From: Gnetum montanum
Taxonomy: Eukaryota; Plantae; Gnetophyta
Reading direction: 5' to 3'
Assembly (NCBI GenBank): GCA_015680685.1
Contig: MNCI01002585.1
Span: 264,568 to 328,567, forward strand
DNA: 64,000 nucleotides
Shown piece by piece: positions 1 to 12,000 of this stretch. Numbering within the stretch: the stretch's first letter is position 1; every line of letters begins with the position of its first letter. The notes under the pieces were generated by a model. That model saw only the letters and a program-made list of their open reading frames with translations. It was not told the origin of the DNA and ran no database searches. The translations under genes and the position numbers were made by a program.

Positions 1-2087
1 AGGTTACTTGTCCAACAAGTTAGGTAAGTTACTTGCCCAACAAGTTAGGTAAGTTACAACAATTTTAGATGGTTGCAACCACCAAAGAGGAAAAAGAAAT
101 TGACAAGTGGCCTTGGAAGTTACAATAGTATAGAAAATTTTAAAAAAACAATTCCTAAGATACATAGGAACACAAGCTAATAGTGGCAACTTACTTCATA
201 CATATATATATCCTTTTAACTTTGCCTCTTCAAGATGAGATGTAAAGTTTTTTTAAGTGATGTATATGAAAGTTACAATCTCAAAATATCCCAAAAAATC
301 TCAAAAATATCCTCCTAACTTTTCTCTCAAGTATTTGACTAACCAATAGGAGATTGTTTGCCAAAATATCCTAGCTAACTTTTCTCCCAAGTAAGGAGGT
401 TACAACTTACTCATTTAATTAGGAAGGAGTTATTTAGGAAGTTATACATATTATTAGGAGAGATTTATGCTTTGGAAGTTATATCTATACTTTTAAATAT
501 TATATACATGTTTAAAATATCATAAACATGTGAATATTACTATTACGAATATTTGTAGGTATAATATAACTTATATAACATTTTACCAACAATATTTTGG
601 AAATCCTAGTACACATTAGAAAAGGTAAGTTTATAACTGGAGCTTTATATTTAGTGTATATGTATTGTAAATTTTATTTAATAAACTGCAATCGGCCAGA
701 AATATCTTCGGTCACTTATCTTGTTGTGTCTCTGTGTCTTCATTACCATATTCATCGGACTGGTATGCGATGTCGAATGCATCGGCGTTGGACATGGCTG
801 CCATTTTGGAAGGTAAGTTACAGGAGGATGACTTACCGCCTAAAATTTGAAAGGAATCTTTCGGAAGGAAAAGCCCTGTTTAAGCGATGAAGCAACTGCA
901 AAAAAAAAAATTTGGAAGTTGCAGGGATAAGTTAGGAACGCTCCTTCTTGTTATCCACTCTCTGTTCACTGCCCTTTTTCCCTCTGTGTTTTTTTATATT
1001 TTTGCAGTTTCACACAAAAAATGCAGGTTCAAATTTGGGGGTTTCCTGTACACGACCGTCATGACCGCGTGTTGGCGTCGTCATTGCAGTCCCCATCTCC
1101 CTTTGCTTGCCCACCGTCCGCGCCTCCTGCCAGATCTAAGCAACCCCTGTGACCGAGGCCATGGCCGCCATGCGCAGGACGAAGGCTTTCAATCCACGTT
1201 TGGTTTCTCTCCCGCCGCTGTTCTCTCGTTCAGCTCTGTTGCAGGTGCTGGTATTGACTCTGCTTCTCTTGGCTCATCGGCTCACGCGCAAACAGGCGCG
1301 CGGAGCAATGGCAATGGCCTATTCGTCTCCCGCAACAATACCCTTGACGGCAACAGCAACGAATGGTCTTCAGCGTGATTTTCTTCGGCAGCAACAAGGG
1401 TTTCAGGGTACAATTCTAGCCATTCTTGATAGTTGTGGCAAAATCAGGAGCTACAAAAGGCACGCGACTGAAACATTCGTATTTCTAAAATATTTTGCAA
1501 AATGACATTCCAATGTTTCCACCAAAATCCATTCGAGCGCCAGCAGTGAATTTTGCTAATGTCTAGAATCGCCAAAAATTTTTATATATTTTTATATTTT
1601 GCCCCAAAATTACACTCATTACAGTCCCATTATGTCATTGAAACTTTGATAGAACCTCACCACAAAGTCTTAATAACTGGGCAATTGAATTTTGATATGC
1701 CAACAACCTTTTGATAACTCTTATAAGTTATTGAAAATTTACCAAAATCAAACCCATAAGTCTTACTGTTCCATAAAATGGCCAAATGTGCCAACAATTA
1801 GCAAGACCATTTGAGATGCTTTAGATCCTTCTAAGGCCTATGGATTCTAGAGTTAAATTATTTTTCATGGAAATTTTTGGTTCTTCTAGCACTAATGTTT
1901 CCATCACTACATTCATTATCTTTCCACTAGGCTCCATCTCACCCTTCTTTATCATCTTAGTTTCAAGTAAATCTTTCATCTTGAAGAGCTCTTGTTGCAA
2001 TATCTTCCTCTAATGATCATGAGTAGCATATCTTCCATTCTAGCACTAATAGTGATGTTGAGGACCACTCATGTAGTGTTAGACTTT

Positions 2088-2114
2088 GATGATGATGATG
2101 ATGATGATGATGAT
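2088..2114. repeat. (GAT)9 microsatellite, target site of the Tat element
   Basis: GAT run directly before the LTR; ATGATGAT resumes at 20482 after the element. Confidence 0.9.
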
Positions 2115-3466
2115 TGAAACACCACAAAATTCTGAGCTTAGTACTTTTCCAACCAGAATCGAGCTAAATCATGATGTTCCCCAGCATGACTAAAGCTTGA
2201 GGGCCCCACAGACAGCTTCAAGTAAAGTCGGACCCAACGAGGAGCAGTTCCTTGGGACTCGCCGATGACCACGACCACATCTGCTACCAAAAAATGGCAA
2301 CTTCGGAGCTCAAAATACTTAGCCTTCACTAAGTATGCATTCTCAGCGTATACGGCCGACGTATACGCCTAAGTACATTCACAGCGTATACGCCCAACGT
2401 ACACGCCTCACATGTACACTCAGCATGTATGACTGGCGTATACGCCTGGTATGCAACTCCCGAAGACGGCATGGAAACAGCACTGTAGAGCAAGACTTTG
2501 TACAGAGCATCAAGCCACACAAACAGAGCAATCATCAGATGTTGACATCATGCATACTAGGGTCCATACACTGAACATGTACATCCTACACGCCCAGCAT
2601 ATACACCTAGCAGATACAGCGTATATGCCCATCCTGCACGCCCAGCAGATACAACATATACGCCCAGCATGCATCCACAACATATACGCCCAGCATATAC
2701 GCCCGGCAACAAGTCTGTACGCTAAGGTCTAGTGTCCAGCGTCTATACGCTGGCGTGCAGCACGCCGTGTACTTGTAAATTTCATTCTTTCGCACCCGGT
2801 CAACACGCCACATGTCACCCGACCTGAGAATCCAGCACTTCACAGCAAATCATCCCCTCTCAAAACCCAAGTCTCACGTCTACATTTGTATAAAAACCCC
2901 AATTTTTCAGTAAACAAGGGTTGGCAATTTTGAGCAAACCGGAGACAAAACAGAGAACTAGAGATGCTAAGAAAACCAGAGCAAAAACCCTGATACGCTG
3001 GACCTCAACCGTGCATGCTGAGCATACAGCTTTTACGCTGTGCCTGCAGTTGAACCCAGCACACAATCATCCTTGCACCCACCAAGGCTATTCATCCGCC
3101 TTGTGTCAGAGTCACAACTACGTTAGACCGGTGCATTGTAACTTTCATTTCGCAATAATATTGCTACACTTCTTTACTAAAATCTGTTACAGTTTTTCAT
3201 TTATTATTGCATGTTTACTGTTTACGCTCTTGTACGTTTACGCTCCGTTTTACATTCGTTACGTCGTTTACGTACAACCCAGCGTACAATATATCGGTGC
3301 ACGCTCAGGGAAATCCTTGCCTAATCCACGTGCAGACCACCCAAGGTACTCTGTTTTCGTTAATTCCAGCTTACCCTCAAGAGAAGGTAGGGTCTTCTGT
3401 ATGTGTCTCGAGATCTCCAGGTTTCTGTTTCATTCCAGCCGAAGACTGACGATTTCGAACAGTACA
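2115..3466 (+). repeat. 5' LTR of Tat-1 (1352 bp)
   Basis: TG...CA ends; aligns with 19110-20481, with about 14 differences in the first ~170 bp, all transitions; candidate TATA TGTATAAAAA near 2888. Confidence 0.95.
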
Positions 3467-3471
3467 GAAAT

Positions 3472-3489
3472 TGGCGCTAGAAAGAGGGC
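3472..3489 (+). promoter_or_regulatory. Primer-binding site, probably tRNA-Asn(GUU)
   Basis: TGGCGCTAGAAAGAGGGC 5 nt after the LTR; complementary to the 3' end ...CCCTCCTTCTAGCG-CCA of plant tRNA-Asn as I recall it (about 1 mismatch). Confidence 0.75.
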
Positions 3490-3606
3490 CTGAAACTGCT
3501 TAAAACTTATTGTGCTCTCATACCCAGATCTTTTTAGACTCACACTACCTTGACAATAAACCCAGTCCTAAGATCCCTGGATCGACATCCTGTTCTACAA
3601 AATTCC

Positions 3607-4115
3607 CAGCGTCTACGCTGCTGAGTATACGTTGTACGCTCTACGCTGTAGACTGCCTACGCTGCTGACGTATACGCTGCACGCTCTACGCTGTAGACTC
3701 TGTCTACGCTGCTGACGTATACACTGCACACTCTATGTTGTAGACTCTGTCTACGTTGTTGGGTATATGTTGTATGCTCCATGCTGTAGACTCTGTCTAC
3801 ACTGCTGAGTATATGCTGTACGCTCCACGCTGTAGACTCTGTCTACGCTGCTGACATATACGCTGCACGCTCTACGCTGTAGACTCTGTCTATGTTGCTG
3901 ACGTATACACTACACGCTCTACGTTGTAAACTCTATCTATGTTGCTGACGTATACACTGCATGCTCTACGCTGTAGACTCTATCTACGCTGTTGAGTATA
4001 CGTTGTACGCTTTACACTGCTACCGTATACGCTGCACGCTCTACGCTGTAGACTCTGCCTACATTACTGACGTATACGTTGCATGCTCTACGTTGTAGAC
4101 TCCATTTACGCTGCT
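3607..4115 (+). repeat. 46-47 bp tandem repeat (~11 units) in the Tat-1 5' UTR, built of TACGCTG motifs
   Basis: Unit approximately TGTCTACGCTGCTGACGTATACGCTGCACGCTCTACGCTGTAGACTC; unit starts at 3701, 3748 and 3794. Confidence 0.9.
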
Positions 4116-4305
4116 TACTTTACGCTATACGCTGCTCTGCCTATATGTTTTAACGTATACCTATACGCTGTCACTATACGCTGGTCATTGAAGCCTATAC
4201 GCTAAGTTCCAGTCTATATGCTGTACCCAGCGAACGTAGGTTTACACCGTACTAAGTATACCAGTTTCATATCCCTTCACTGTGTCGTATTCTCAACTAC
4301 CCATC

Positions 4306-7300
4306 ATGAACACTGCAAACTCCAATGCTGCAACCAAGCCAATCACAGACATTGTAGGTACCATGGTCATTCAACAACCCATGGTACAACCCACAGTGGG
4401 GCCTCATCGGTCTCTCAGATTGCAAGGGAGGAACCCATCATTTAACATTATAACTCAGGAGCAATACAATTTCATATGTGTGAAAATGCAAGTCGGCCTA
4501 GCCGTGGATCAAATCGAAATGGAGGTTAAGAGACAGTACGAACTCTTCCATAGGGGAGGACATGAGTTCATTCCTTCCCAATATGACATCATCCCGCTCT
4601 TAGAGCATTGCTCTGAGCTCATCTTACAACTCCTCCTACAAAGGAGTCAGCCTTTAGATCAACCTATGGTAAATCCTCAATTAGAAGAGGAGGATGATTT
4701 CGTAGCCCAATCCGAGCATGAAGATTCGTATCATACTCTTAGTCCGCAAACCTATGCAAACCCTTTGTTTCATCCAGCCATAGGGGAAATTACGTCCCTT
4801 CAACCATTTAAATTTACCCAAGCGCAAATACCTCAACAAGAATCATCCACACTTGTTCATATTCCTCGTGCAACCGATCCGCAACTCAACACACTTTCCC
4901 TTGCTATTCCCCCTATTGCAACAGTAGCCCCATTCTCGCAAATGTAATCTCCTCGAAATAATGTAGGAGCAACCTTCCCACCCCGAGTGATCAGGATGCC
5001 ACATGTCATGCCAACTTCTACGTCTGCTCATTATATCCCCTAGATCCAAACCCAAGGAGTCCCTTTCACCGCTACAACTCAACTAGGTCAGAGTGCCCCT
5101 ATGCAAAGCGTGACTGGCCAATGGGCAGGGATTGGTGCTCAACCGCATCAATCCCTTCACTATAGCATACCGCCTCACACAGTTCCAGCTAACATCCCTC
5201 AAGGACAACCACAACAACAGCAACCCCTTGCCTACAATGTGCCACCCCTAGTACCACCCACCACAAATATTCTGCAAACGCAGCCTCCAACTACATAATT
5301 TTCTTCCTTCCAGCCCATTGTCCAACAATCTAACCTATATACGGTACAACATCCACAACCTACTATCTCGCCTAGTGTCCAAGACTGGGCTAACGCTAAA
5401 AAGCTAATGCAGGAGCTAACCGACGAGGTCAAACGCCTCAAGACAGCCGCCAACAGAGAGCTCAAGGTAGTGGACTTCTATCACGATGATCTTATCAGCT
5501 CTTCGGTTCCACCTCTAACATTACCCAAAGGTGTACCTTTACCCATGCTAACTAATATACAATGGGGAGACAGACCCCAACTCCCACCTCATAACATTTA
5601 GACTAGAGTGTGCCCTACTTCAAGCATGGCCACATGTCATTCTACGAGTGTTCCCCATGTCCCTTGCCGGGAGAGCACTTGATTGGTACCGGGCCTTGCC
5701 ACGAAGCTCAATATCTTCTCTGGAAGATTTGTTACACCAATTCGTCACCAGGTTCAAGTACAACTTGAAGCCTGAAGAAACGCTAAACAGCCTCATACAG
5801 GTCCAATAGGCACCTCTTGAACCTGTCCAAAAATTCATCCAACGGTGGAGTGCTGCTCTTAATGAGCTCCACGAGCCGATCCCAGAGACGTATCTCCTCA
5901 CCATTCTAAAAGGGACTGTCAACGATTTTGTCAAATCCAAACTCTATTATCTCAATGCATGCACTTCGAGTCAAACGTTTGTACAAATCAAGAACATAGA
6001 GGAGGTAGCACAAAATAGTCATGATCCTGCATATTCAGCCTTTAGGAAACAACATAGTAAGAAAGATAAAGAAAAGGTTAAAACAACTATAGCAGCAGTA
6101 GCGAAAACACAAGAAGCAAATGTGGGACAATAAAGCAAACCGCCTGCTACCCCTACTAATTACACTAAACCTGCTCCTGCGACGGTACCTGAATCATCCA
6201 GATCACAAAACCCAACACCGAATCGCACGAGAAACTTCGAGAGGAAGGACCCCTCCACTACCCATGAAGCCATCGCAACTATTCAACCAACTCTTGAAAG
6301 CCGGACTAATGAAACATAAACAGTTATCCCCTGCAACGATCCAAAGGCATGACCGGTTCTGTCAACTGGTTCAGAACCCAAGCCTAGCAACGCCCGATGA
6401 GCCCCCGGTTCCAAAAGGCTTTAGGATGGATCGTTTTTGCGATTATCATCAGCGTAATGGGCATGGCATGGACTATTGTTTCACCCTAAAACAAGACATC
6501 CAACAGATGATAGATGGAGGTCAGATCACTTTTGATGAAGCCAACCCAGTCCAACCACAAAACCAGGCTATGGACGTATATAAAGATCCTTTAAATACTA
6601 AAGAAGCACCATATGTAATTAATACCATCTACTTTGATAACGAACCAGAAATACCTAGCATTAACACCGTACACTCTAATCATAAACAGTAGGTACCTAA
6701 TAAACCATTTGTAGTGCATATCCCTTCCACTGTACAAACATCTGTGCCTCAATCATCATATTCCCCACAGAAACCTTACGTCATCCGAATTCCCCCCGCC
6801 GTAGCAACTTCCATCACACCAACACGCGAAAAACCATACATGGTACGCGTACCTTCCACAACCACTACCACAAACACACAAACACCTCCTATTCAGCCTA
6901 CTTCGTACGTAGTCCGAGTACCACCTGTGGTCGCAACAGCAGAGGTACAACCTCCAGCTAGGCCAACTCCATATGTCGTTAGGACACCCGAACGTCCTGG
7001 TGACCACCAGTCCTCCACTTCGCAAACACTGAATAAACTGAGTTCCTATGTCATCAAGGTGCCCAGCCAGCCTAGCACTCAACCACATGCAACTACCGAA
7101 CCGCAACCCTGCCCTACTCCATACGTAGTACAAGTTCCAAAGCAACCTGAGGTTCCAAAACCAACTGCACCCCCACGCCACACACGAGAACGCCTAGCAG
7201 ACAAGTTACACGCAAACGCTTGGAGAAAGAGCGCCAATGACTAGCATTAGGACCTCCCAAGCCTACCCCGCTAAATGTAATACCCATGACAACACCTAAC

Positions 7301-8600
7301 AATAAACCGAACATAGGCTATGAGGGTGAATCATCTGGGAAACATGATGCGCCCAAATCAACGATTCCGGGTAAAAATGACAAATCAACTATGCATGAAA
7401 TAAAACTGTTGGGCCCAATGGACCAAATCACTGCCGACAAACATACGCCCAATAGTAGAGATCTAGCAACAACTTTAACACAAGTCACGCAAGCGCTTAA
7501 ATAAAAAAAATACTTCACTGAGCTTATACGACCTGGTGTTAACATCTCAAACCCATCACAAAGCTCTAGTGCGCATGCTGATATCTATCCTAGTAAGCGA
7601 AGACTTGCCTCCAAATGAACCTTCAATTCATGCGGTAATGTACTCGCCTCGAGGGTCAACTCCTAAGCCATTAAGTTTCCACAATGATAACATCAAAGTA
7701 GATGAGAGAAAAGGAGAGGTAACAACGGCACCTATGTTCATAACAATACGAATAAATCAATTTAAGATACATAGAGTGCATGTAGATGATGGAGCCGCTA
7801 CAAATGTAGTACCCTATCCCATCGTCGAACAATTGGGGCTTATGGAGTTAATCAGACCAACCGCCACCACGTGTTTGAATTCATTCAGTGGATCACGCGT
7901 AATAGTCAAAGGCACCGTGACTTTAGACTTTATAGCAAGGGATCAATTCCCCACATCTGCCGACTTCGTGGTAATCGATGAAATGTCAAGGTTCAACCTA
8001 ATATTGGGAAGGCCCTGGTTAGCCCAACTAAAAGCAGTCTATTCCCCCATACACCAATAAATTCACCTGCCTTATGAAGGTGGCGAAATCGTTATACACG
8101 GGGAGGTTGCTACACCTACCATCTCATCGTATACAGACACAGATCAATTCTCAGAGGTTAAGCTCGAAGAGCCTAGACAAGATGATACAAAGGAACAACA
8201 ACCCGTAGGCGATAATATCTTAGACACAAAGGAAGATCTACCCAAAATAGAAATACCTAGGCCTAAAATCGTACATACACAGCCTCGCTTAGAAACTAAA
8301 ACTGACACAGAAACCACAACACATGCAGAAGCGCCGGAAAGCACCAACGCAGGCACCATTCCATCAGACGTCCCTTGGGCTGAATTACCATTCAACGTGA
8401 TCAACGAAGAAGACGCTGAATATAGAATCGTACCCGTTAACGCTACTCCCAACGTTAAAATGAGAAAAATCAAAAAGCTATTAAACCAATAAATGACATT
8501 CAAGTCCGAAATGACGTTAAATTATCATGTCCGCAACGACATAAAACTAGCCATGATCAGAGATGGTCGGTCTACCAAGAAATCAACCCTTGTCACTTGA
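4306..8600 (+). pseudogene. gag: gag-protease ORF of Tat-1 (in-frame stops and frameshifts)
   Basis: Retrotrans_gag motif RVFPMSLAGRALDWY (~5645-5690); Tat-type knuckle CDYHQRNGHGMDYC (~6440); protease RVHVDDGAATN...FNLILGRPWL (7536-8060). Confidence 0.9.
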
Positions 8601-8735
8601 AACTTCCCTTATTTGCATGTGGCCCGAAATGGCCTTAAACTAGTGCATGTGGCCCGAAATGGCCTTAAACTAGTGCACTGGCCCGAAATGGCCTTAAACT
8701 AGTGCATCTGGCCCGAAATGGCCTTAAACTAGATC
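8504..8735 (+). repeat. Short repeat array after protease (4 x ~30 bp GGCCCGAAATGGCCTTAAACTAGTGCA plus 2 related units)
   Basis: Tandem copies visible at 8617-8735; related GTCCG..GACnnnAAA units at 8504 and 8529. Confidence 0.85.
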
Positions 8736-9093
8736 ATCTACCTATATTTTGTTTTTCTCCCGAATTCCAGTTCATTGTTCGAATTTACGCTTGCATTGTC
8801 GTGTTGTCAATAACAATTTTTGCAATTATCCTTCGCTTATAATTACATTCCTTCTTATAATTACATTCGTGCACTACATTTAAACAACAAAAACAAACCA
8901 AAACATTTTACATTGTCGTGTCGTGTTTACATTTAAACTCAAAATCCACAACAAAAAAATATATGAAATATGTATATACATGTAGTGATATACAATTAGA
9001 CAAGTACAAGAGTTGATGGATTCTATTCATCTGTTCACTACAACTCAAAACATCCAATCTAAGACTCACGCAAAAATGTGAGCCAGAATATTT

Positions 9094-12000
9094 TCAAAAC
9101 AAAAATTCAACATCAGGGATAGGAGGCTCGTCCCCTTTAGATCCACCAGCATCATGGGTCCCTACTCCATTGGGACCAGCTTCTTGAACATCGTCATCGC
9201 CTCGATCCTATAAAATACAAAAGAGACAATCAAACACAAGAATAAAAGAGAAAACTCCCAATTACTCAACAAACGAATTTCATGGCAACAAAATACTTAC
9301 CGTAGGGGACCCCCCTAAACCGAATTCCAGTCGACGGAGAATTTCCTCTTTTGAGATACTGGCCCAATCAGTCCCATCAAGACCCAGATCGACATTTGCC
9401 AAGGCCTTCCCCTTGTCAATCGCTGACCATGTAGGACATTTCAAGGGGAATTCACCCACAGAGACCTCCCCAGAAGCGGTCGTGATTATCCTAGTAGGCG
9501 ATTCCATCTCAACAATTGTATTCTAAGCAAAGATATCAAACGCAGAGCGTAGACCCAGATCCTCTACAAACATTTCAAGCTAACACTTTTCTATGGATAC
9601 TTCCTTCAATGATTTCTTGTAATGGTGCTTGTGGTTCTTCTCATCTTGACCCCACTTACGCACCTTGGAAGCGAAAGCCTTCCAATCCTGGCACTTGAGA
9701 TTCAGTAGGTCTACCTAGGCCTTACGCTCTGCTAGTTTCCGGGTCAATGATGCGTGGCGATTGAGCAGGTTCCAATATCTAGTATAGGTGATCTCAGAGG
9801 TTCGCCAAGAACGATCACTTATTAGTCTAGCTGAGGCAAACTCATAGCAAGCCTTGAGATCATCGCGTTCAACTGATAGCTCGAAAACTTCTTTTTCCTT
9901 TGCTTGGATTTGCAACCATAACTGTTCGATGGAATGCCTACAGGTCCAAAGCGATTTGGCGTTATGTACAAGACCTTCCACCACTTCGTCATAGATCGGC
10001 CTTGGTATTTGCTCAACTTCTGGGGGTAATGTAGGCAAACTTTCAATGTTAATGGTCTCAGATGGATCCCACTTCAGCTTGGCTCCTACGCACACGAAAA
10101 GAACAAACATTAAAATGACAAAAAGGGGTGTGAAACTCTAACGCTGCAAAAGACTTGAAACATTTGTACCTATCTCAGGGTGGGCTTCCTGAATATGTTC
10201 AACCACCTCGTCGACAATACCGGTCACAAAATCCATTTTACTTGGCATCTCTATCCAAGAAAATGGTCTACGAGTACAAGGTGGACTAGTCTCAGGGGGC
10301 ATTTCAGGGGGAACCACCTTCATGGGCACTTCCAACCGCATCATAGGAATTATCCTACCTTCGCCTGGAAGGGATAAAAACATTAAAGTAAAACACCATC
10401 AAAACAATGATTCACCAAGCAACACAATAAAACAAAAGGAAACATACTGTCTACTCTGACCCCTTCCGGGTTTGGAGGGTCACCTAGGTCCAATCTTCCC
10501 TTAAGGAAGCTACTGAACATTTCATCAATACCACCCTGGTCATCAACCAGTTCTGTCTCCGTGGTGTCTTCTCCTAGTTCTTCCGTCCCTTCCACCTGAT
10601 CTTTATCCACCTCTTCCTCCTCAATTATTAAGTCCGTCGTAGCTTCTTCCTCCTCGATGATGGTCTCTAACTCCTGTCTCCTCACTTCGCGAGTTAAGTC
10701 TAAAGGCATTAGTTGCATGTAAGCGGTCAAAATGAAAATTATGAGTAAGATGAAAAGGATAATGTAATAGGTGTGCCAAACTTACTTACCTTGCACAGGC
10801 ATTTTGAATAGTATTCGCTTCACCTTTGGCTTTTCCACATTTGAGGCCACCTCTATTGAGCGTTCATGCTTCAGGAGCTTCGACTTGGCTTTTCCAAGAA
10901 TCTCCTTGATGACACATTCAGCTCTCTTTGCAGTATAAGGCACATCTTTTGATTCCAACCCCACACTGTCACGTGTGTGGATTGAAGTACCCGATGATCC
11001 TCCCGTCGTGATGGACACAGATTCATCAATCCCCTCAAGAGCATCTTGGGACTCAGCTGTCTCGAACAAATGATTAATCCACGGACGAGATAACTGAGTA
11101 CGATCCCGTAGGACATATTTATTGTCCACGTAAACCACTAGAAACTCGGCCAAGCGACGAAGATAGCCAGCAAAGAATGTAAATGTAAAATGGGACTGCG
11201 CCTCAACGTTCGAACACAATCGCACTATCTCCTTATGAAGGCCCAACAACAAAAATTGAGTCCAATTATAACGCATCCCAGTTTCTAAAACGGTTCGCAT
11301 GATGCACACAGTTTCCACCCTAAGACTCCTCACCTAGGATAGGGACTTAGGAAACACCCGTGCCTAAAACAGGAGATACAATTCATTCACTTCCTCAACC
11401 TTTGACATCCCCTGCATAGGGAATCCCTTGGAGCCCTTGACAACGTCCAACCAGTCTTCTAGCTCACGCACCATGTGAAGTTCTTTCTATGCCCTGTCTA
11501 AAACCACATTTACCCCATCTACCGGTACACCGAACAGGTCTGAAAAGAATTCTGCCGACAGAAGGAAAACTATCTTAACACCCTTAATACGGGTGCTGTA
11601 GTAGGAGACGGACTTATCGAATGAATCAACAATCCCGATCATTTCAGCTATGGACACATCAGGGCTCGGGGTTGTAAATAACTCCATGAGGCCGCATCAC
11701 CTAAACAAGGAACGATAGACAGCAGGGCATTGGTGCGCAACCATTTCATGTGCCTTGCTGATCTCCCCAAACTTCATCGACAGGGTACTCTCAGTTCGTC
11801 GTGTCGTAACAGGGTCTCCGTCGGGAGGGACATCAACTGTAAACACAATTTAAAACCATAACATCAGTATGACCACTACCAGCCGAACAAACACACTAAG
11901 GCATCTAGGAAATATCGTCACTGACCTTCAGTTCTGGACTTCGAGGTACTAGAGCCCAAGTCAACATCACGAGGGAAAACTGGTCCATTTAGTGACCAAT

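Noticed and set aside
2138-3493. ORFs inside the Tat-1 LTRs, including the hydrophobic 190-aa ORF and its copy at 20020-20493
   Set aside because: Non-ATG starts, repeat-driven composition, different lengths in the two LTRs and no recognisable domain
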